64,000 bases of DNA from an uncultured Candidatus Saccharibacteria bacterium (lineage in GTDB: Bacteria > Patescibacteriota > Minisyncoccia > Phycocordibacterales > UBA2100): assembly GCA_964623775.1 (NCBI GenBank), contig CAZUVH010000006.1, positions 4,256-68,255 of the forward strand. Direction: 5' to 3'. Shown piece by piece: positions 59,574 to 64,000 of this stretch. Under the pieces are notes generated by a model, which saw only the letters and a program-made list of their open reading frames with translations, made no database searches and was not told where the DNA came from. A program made the position numbers and the translations under genes. Numbering within the stretch: the stretch's first letter is position 1; the number at the start of each line of letters is the position of its first letter.

Positions 59574-60284
59574 ATGTGGCGGTATGCCAGGTTGGGGGTG
59601 CTCATCGTTGTTACGGGCGTCATCACGACGACCGCGATCGAGTTCAACGAACTCTACGCGACAAGTCCACAGTTGGCGGGTGCTGCGGCATCAGGGGAAT
59701 TTGGCGATACGCTCGCATGGGTGATCGCGGGCGGATATTTGCTCATGTATTTAGGAATGGTCGCAGAAGGCCCGATCGTGACAGCTGCGGCATCTTTTGC
59801 CGCGGCTCTCGGTTATTTCGATGTCGGAATAGTGTTTTTGCTTGCGATACTTGGCGATCTGACAGGTGACGCTGCGTACTATGCCATCGGATATATCGGT
59901 AGGAGGACGGTAATCGATCGATTCGGACATCGGCTCGGGCTTTCACGTGCACGCATGGAGCGCATCGAGCGCCTGATCAAGACCCATCCGTGGAAGGCGA
60001 TGGTCGCGATCAAATTTACGTTCGCTACCCCGGGATTGATCATGGTCGGCGTGACCCGTATGGATATACGAAAGTACACCATGTACTGCGTGGCGATCAT
60101 TCTGCCGAGAGTGCTACTTTTTACAGTACTCGGTTACTACTTCGGCAATGCATACGCATCGATCTCGCAATACATCGAAAATGCGCAGTATTTCCTCGTC
60201 ATGACAATAATGGTCGTCCTCGTCATCTACTATGGATATACCAAACTGAGCATTGCTCTCTCAAGGCGCCTCCAGCCGATCTGA
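59574..60284 (+). CDS. DedA/TVP38-family membrane protein
   Basis: GPIVTAAASFAAALGYFD and G(D)LTGDAAYYAIG motifs typical of DedA. Confidence 0.6.
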   Translation: MWRYARLGVLIVVTGVITTTAIEFNELYATSPQLAGAAASGEFGDTLAWVIAGGYLLMYLGMVAEGPIVTAAASFAAALGYFDVGIVFLLAILGDLTGDAAYYAIGYIGRRTVIDRFGHRLGLSRARMERIERLIKTHPWKAMVAIKFTFATPGLIMVGVTRMDIRKYTMYCVAIILPRVLLFTVLGYYFGNAYASISQYIENAQYFLVMTIMVVLVIYYGYTKLSIALSRRLQPI

Positions 60285-60338
60285 CCTTCATCAATCCTTC
60301 CATTACGGCCGTATAGTATCGGTGATACTATTTTCTAT

Positions 60339-62186
60339 ATGTGCGGCATCTTTGCATACACAGGGAATAACGGCAAAGAGGCACGCGACGTGCTCCTCGA
60401 AGGCCTCCTTTCACTCGAATATCGAGGTTACGATTCTGCGGGAATCTATGTACCGGAAAGTGGTTTTATCAAAACGCCCGGAGCTGTGGCGGCCTTGCGG
60501 GCAAAAGTCCCCAAGGTCTTCAAAGGCAAGAGTGGCATCTCTCATTTGCGCTGGGCGACACATGGAGAGCCGACAGCAAAAAATGCCCATCCGCATTCCG
60601 ACTGCACCGGGGAGATTTGGGTCGTGCACAATGGCATCATCGAGAATTTCAAGGAGTTGAAAGCAAAACTAGAAATGAAGGGGCACACGATCGTCTCGGA
60701 TTCAGATACGGAAATCCTCGCGCACCTGGTCGAGGAGCACATGAAATCCGCCCGAGGCGGATCGGCCTTGGGCCGAAATTTTGAAAAAGCAGCAGTCGCA
60801 GCGTTGAAGGAAATTCGCGGCACGTACGGTATTGCGTTGCAGTGGAAACGTGAACCGGACAAAATCATCGCCGCACGCATGGGCTCGCCGATTGTACTGG
60901 GCCTCGGGAAGGGTGAGCACTTCGTGGCTTCCGACCCTTCTCCGATTTTGCCGCACACACGGACGGTACTTTTCCTCGAAGACGGAGAAGTGGCCGTGAT
61001 ATCGCCCACGGAACACAAGGTGTTCAAGCTTGCGGGGGCGAGTGTTCGTCGCAAAGCGACCGAGATCGAATGGAATGCCGAGGAAGCGCAAAAGGGTGGC
61101 TACGATCATTTCATGCTCAAAGAGATCATGGAAGGTCCGGAAGTGATCCGCAATACACTGCGCGGACGCCTTTTGCCGGAAAAAGGAATGGCGAAGCTCG
61201 GCGGACTCGAGAGTGTCGCCAAAAAGTTGGAGCGCATCAATCGCATTATTATCGTCGGTTGCGGCACTGCGTATTACGCAGGATTGATCGGCGAGTACAT
61301 GATCGAAGAACACACGGGCATCCCTGTCGAGGTGGAGCTTGGCAGCGAATTTCGCTATCGCAAGCCGGTCATCAACGATCGCACGATCGTGCTTGCGATC
61401 TCGCAATCAGGTGAGACGGCCGATACGCTTGAGGCGATCCGAGAAGGGAAGCGCCGTGGCGCGCTTACACTCGGTATTTGTAATACAGTTGGCAGTACGA
61501 TCGCTCGTGAGACGGATGCAGGCGTCTACAATCACGCGGGGCCTGAGATCGGTGTTGCCTCCACGAAAGCTTTTGTATCACAGCTCACAGCGCTTGCGCT
61601 CCTCACTCTTTTCCTCGGGAGGCAGCGTGATATGTCGGTCGCGGAGGGGAGAGACATTGCGCGCGAGCTCGAATTGCTGCCAAAGAAAGTGGAAAAGATT
61701 CTTGAGAATCGAAAAGCGATAGAAAAAATCGCAAAGAAATATGCGAAGAGCCGCGACTTCCTTTTCATGGGCCGCAAATACAATTACCCGATCGCATTCG
61801 AGGGCGCGCTCAAGCTTAAAGAGGTTTCGTATATTCACGCCGAAGGCGTTGGGGCGGGGGAGATGAAGCACGGGCCCCTCGCTATGATCGACGAGCACTT
61901 CCCGACAGTCGCAATCGTGCCCGCCGACAGCATGTACGACAAAATGCTCTCCAATGTAGAGCAGATCAAGGCACGTAGAGGGCCCCTCGTCGCGATCGCT
62001 ACCGAGGGCGACACCGAGGTCACCAAACTCGCGGACGATGTGATCCATGTGCCGAAGACCATTGAGATGCTGAGTCCCATCCTCAACATCATCCCACTCC
62101 AGCTTTTCGCGTACTCAGTCGCCAATTCAAAGGGCCTCAACGTCGATCGTCCGAGAAATTTAGCGAAGTCTGTAACTGTTGAATAG
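60339..62186 (+). CDS. glmS: Glutamine--fructose-6-phosphate aminotransferase
   Basis: N-terminal MCGIFAY (Cys2 nucleophile); two SIS domains; C-terminal KSVTVE. Confidence 0.95.
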   Translation: MCGIFAYTGNNGKEARDVLLEGLLSLEYRGYDSAGIYVPESGFIKTPGAVAALRAKVPKVFKGKSGISHLRWATHGEPTAKNAHPHSDCTGEIWVVHNGIIENFKELKAKLEMKGHTIVSDSDTEILAHLVEEHMKSARGGSALGRNFEKAAVAALKEIRGTYGIALQWKREPDKIIAARMGSPIVLGLGKGEHFVASDPSPILPHTRTVLFLEDGEVAVISPTEHKVFKLAGASVRRKATEIEWNAEEAQKGGYDHFMLKEIMEGPEVIRNTLRGRLLPEKGMAKLGGLESVAKKLERINRIIIVGCGTAYYAGLIGEYMIEEHTGIPVEVELGSEFRYRKPVINDRTIVLAISQSGETADTLEAIREGKRRGALTLGICNTVGSTIARETDAGVYNHAGPEIGVASTKAFVSQLTALALLTLFLGRQRDMSVAEGRDIARELELLPKKVEKILENRKAIEKIAKKYAKSRDFLFMGRKYNYPIAFEGALKLKEVSYIHAEGVGAGEMKHGPLAMIDEHFPTVAIVPADSMYDKMLSNVEQIKARRGPLVAIATEGDTEVTKLADDVIHVPKTIEMLSPILNIIPLQLFAYSVANSKGLNVDRPRNLAKSVTVE

Positions 62187-62329
62187 GTTTCGGCAAAGTA
62201 CGCAATCTCGCTTGCACGTCCGTAGCCGTGGACGGAGGAGGGCGAAGTCGGTAACCGTGGAATAATTGACGTCGTTCACTGCGTACTGTAAATTGCCGAC
62301 TGGTCTAAATTGCAAATGGGAGAACAGGC

Positions 62330-62920
62330 GTGAGTGGTATCGAACTTTTAAAGCAGCCGGTGACGGAGCGCGAATACTTCGATGTTATCGAGGGACTGGG
62401 CGCCATGATACACAGCACCAATCGCGGCATCATAAAAGGGCATATCAAAGACAGTCTCGGGGCAAGTTCCGAAGTCGCCGAAATGGCTGCGTTGCAGAGG
62501 CGGATGGCCGACGAGCTTGAAACGAAATTCGGCGTTCTTCATGTCAGTAAGACGCCGACGAAGAACGCTGACGGCACGTATCCGCCACCGCCCGAAGGAA
62601 AACAATGGTACTGGTCGTGGTATAAGCAGATGAAAGAGCAGTGGCTTCGCGAAGAGTATGAGGGGGAAATTTGTTCCGTGTGCCCCTTCAGTTCCGGTTT
62701 CAGTGCAAGTTTCACCAATCGGGTTCCATGCACGGCCATTCAGGGATATATGTCGAGACTCATGAGAGCAGATATGTGCGGCATGGTCTCGTTCAATTAC
62801 TGGTCGCAGGAAGTTCTCATTGAGAAAATCCGAGCAAATGGCGGCGACGAAGCCGTGGAAAAATTTGAGAAGAAGCGGACCGAGATCGCTGCGCGTCTTA
62901 ACGCAAAAACCACTGCGTGA
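62330..62920 (+). CDS. Hypothetical protein (GTG start)
   Basis: 196-aa ORF with several Cys and Trp; no family recognised. Confidence 0.4.
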   Translation: MSGIELLKQPVTEREYFDVIEGLGAMIHSTNRGIIKGHIKDSLGASSEVAEMAALQRRMADELETKFGVLHVSKTPTKNADGTYPPPPEGKQWYWSWYKQMKEQWLREEYEGEICSVCPFSSGFSASFTNRVPCTAIQGYMSRLMRADMCGMVSFNYWSQEVLIEKIRANGGDEAVEKFEKKRTEIAARLNAKTTA

Positions 62921-63028
62921 TCTTTGCAAAAGGCCGTCCACAATGGGGCGGCCCACTCTCTTTCAAGAGTTCCTTGACTTACCTTGTCCTCAGGTGCAAT
63001 GTGGGGTCCGGCAACAAAGGAGATTAAA

Positions 63029-63235
63029 ATGTCGCAGTTCATCATGCAGATCAGGGACGATCAGGAGCTTCAGGTCCTGATGGAATTTTTCGGCACTCGC
63101 AGCAAGGCCGCGGCTATTCGCTCGGCTCTTCAGCTTGCGGTGCATGTCACACGTTCTGCGGGCAGCGCCAAAGACAAGGTCATCGTCAAAGATCTGAATA
63201 GAGGCGGATACGCGCAAATCAAATTTTCCCGCTGA
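63029..63235 (+). CDS. Small protein, possibly ribbon-helix-helix (antitoxin/CopG-like)
   Basis: MSQFIMQIRDDQELQVLMEFFGTRSKAAAIRSALQLAV shows a beta-strand then helix pattern reminiscent of RHH; weak. Confidence 0.3.
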   Translation: MSQFIMQIRDDQELQVLMEFFGTRSKAAAIRSALQLAVHVTRSAGSAKDKVIVKDLNRGGYAQIKFSR

Positions 63236-63249
63236 TCGTTAAAATGTAA

Positions 63250-63278
63250 CTGCTGACCTGTTGGTCAGCGGTTTTTTT
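63250..63278 (+). terminator. Rho-independent terminator
   Basis: CTGCTGACC-TGTT-GGTCAGCGG followed by TTTTTTT. Confidence 0.55.
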
Positions 63279-63283
63279 GTTGA

Positions 63284-63970
63284 TCACTTGTTAATTTTTG
63301 ATTCGAATTCTCCCACAAGACGCATGACATCGGTCATTGAGTCGGCGTACACATCTGCCCCTACTTGCTGGTAGCCTTGCGGTATGTGGCCGCGGAAACC
63401 GATCGTGTATGCGCCGGAATCTTTCGCGGCACGAAGACCGGCGTTCGAGTCCTCAAGGATCATCGAGGTGGTCGGACCTGCGCCAAGTACCTCCATCGCT
63501 TTTTTATATCCATCGGGGGAGGGCTTACCCCGCAAAAAAGGATGCTGATCCAATGAGAGCACGATCCCAAACTGATCGCGGAAAGAAATTTTTGCGAGCG
63601 TCAGATCTATCCATTTTTGTGGCGACATCGATACAAGGCCGATCTTAAAATCATGTTTGAGCAGGTAGCCTCCCAATTCCTCGACTCCGTCGGTGATAGG
63701 GGAATTTGCATAGACATCCGCAGACTCCCGTTCATAGGCTTCGATGAATTCATCTCGCGAGATCGTGGCGCCCAAGTGAACGGCGCTATCGTAGAAGTCA
63801 TGGAGACTTAAGCCCAGCGAACTCCCGATCTGACGCGCGATCGTTTCTCCAAAGAGTTGCGGCAGAACGCGACGTTCTATCGGCGCCCAATTCGACTCAC
63901 TGTCGATAAGTACTCCGTCCATGTCGAAGACGAACGCCTTGTTCATCTTTTGATGATACCTTAGATTCAC
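63284..63970 (-). CDS. HAD-superfamily hydrolase (beta-phosphoglucomutase-like, subfamily IA)
   Basis: N-terminal FVFDMDGVLIDSE (DxDG), middle S/T motif, C-terminal K..GD motif. Confidence 0.8.
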   Translation of the reverse strand: MNLRYHQKMNKAFVFDMDGVLIDSESNWAPIERRVLPQLFGETIARQIGSSLGLSLHDFYDSAVHLGATISRDEFIEAYERESADVYANSPITDGVEELGGYLLKHDFKIGLVSMSPQKWIDLTLAKISFRDQFGIVLSLDQHPFLRGKPSPDGYKKAMEVLGAGPTTSMILEDSNAGLRAAKDSGAYTIGFRGHIPQGYQQVGADVYADSMTDVMRLVGEFESKINK

Positions 63971-64000
63971 CCGTATAGAGCCATGAAATGTGTTTTAGGC

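Overview
Most of this 64-kb window is housekeeping genes, but one end carries a complete diversity-generating retroelement (DGR) and the middle holds a cluster of intron-containing tRNAs flanked by homing-endonuclease genes.

The sequence is a moderately GC-rich bacterial chromosome segment. Gene content and tRNA peculiarities (several tRNAs without encoded CCA, self-splicing introns in tRNAs) fit a Candidate Phyla Radiation / Patescibacteria-like genome; that lineage call is inference. All statements rest on reading the sequence and the supplied ORF translations by hand, with no database searches.

- **1 to about 9.1 kb:** a type IV pilus locus. It has the 3' part of pilT, pilC, three tandem major-pilin genes, prepilin peptidase pilD, three pseudopilins (one with a fibronectin-III-like tail) and a 635-aa glycine-rich pilin-like protein.
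- **About 9.1 to 16.9 kb and scattered later:** core genes ligA, gatC, gatA, pepF, prfB, ftsE, ftsX, pyrG, tgt, a DEAD-box helicase, typA, msrB and glmS, plus many secreted or cell-wall-associated proteins.
- **Six tRNA genes:** two (Asp-GUC on the minus strand, Thr-GGU on the plus strand) are split by small group I introns of about 182 to 213 nt. Each is abutted on its 5' side by a LAGLIDADG-type homing endonuclease gene, and an HNH endonuclease gene lies between the two Thr tRNAs.
- **Small repeats next to tRNAs:** two copies of a roughly 100-nt structured element lie just downstream of tRNA-fMet and tRNA-Gln, and in each copy the outer arms copy the 3' end of the adjacent tRNA. Separately, two copies of a small palindromic MITE-like element (shared terminal repeat CACACCAATAGCTG) occur, one inserted at the 3' end of tRNA-Met.
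- **50.5 to 53.0 kb:** the DGR.
  - The template repeat (51438..51543) differs from the variable repeat at the 3' end of gene 50501..51121 at 17 positions, every one an adenine in the template.
  - A divergently transcribed four-helix-bundle (Avd-like) gene sits beside the reverse transcriptase, which has the DGR-type LGNLTSQ motif and a G10 homopolymer that splits its 5' end across two frames.
  - A paralogous target-like gene with a degenerate variable repeat lies 5 kb upstream.
- **Other items of note:** a conserved roughly 65-nt leader shared by pilC and ftsX, an inverted repeat with an embedded promoter between ftsE and ftsX, two adjacent small genes with a shared promoter-upstream motif, a sortase/substrate pair, and a cysteine-rich tandem-repeat secreted protein.
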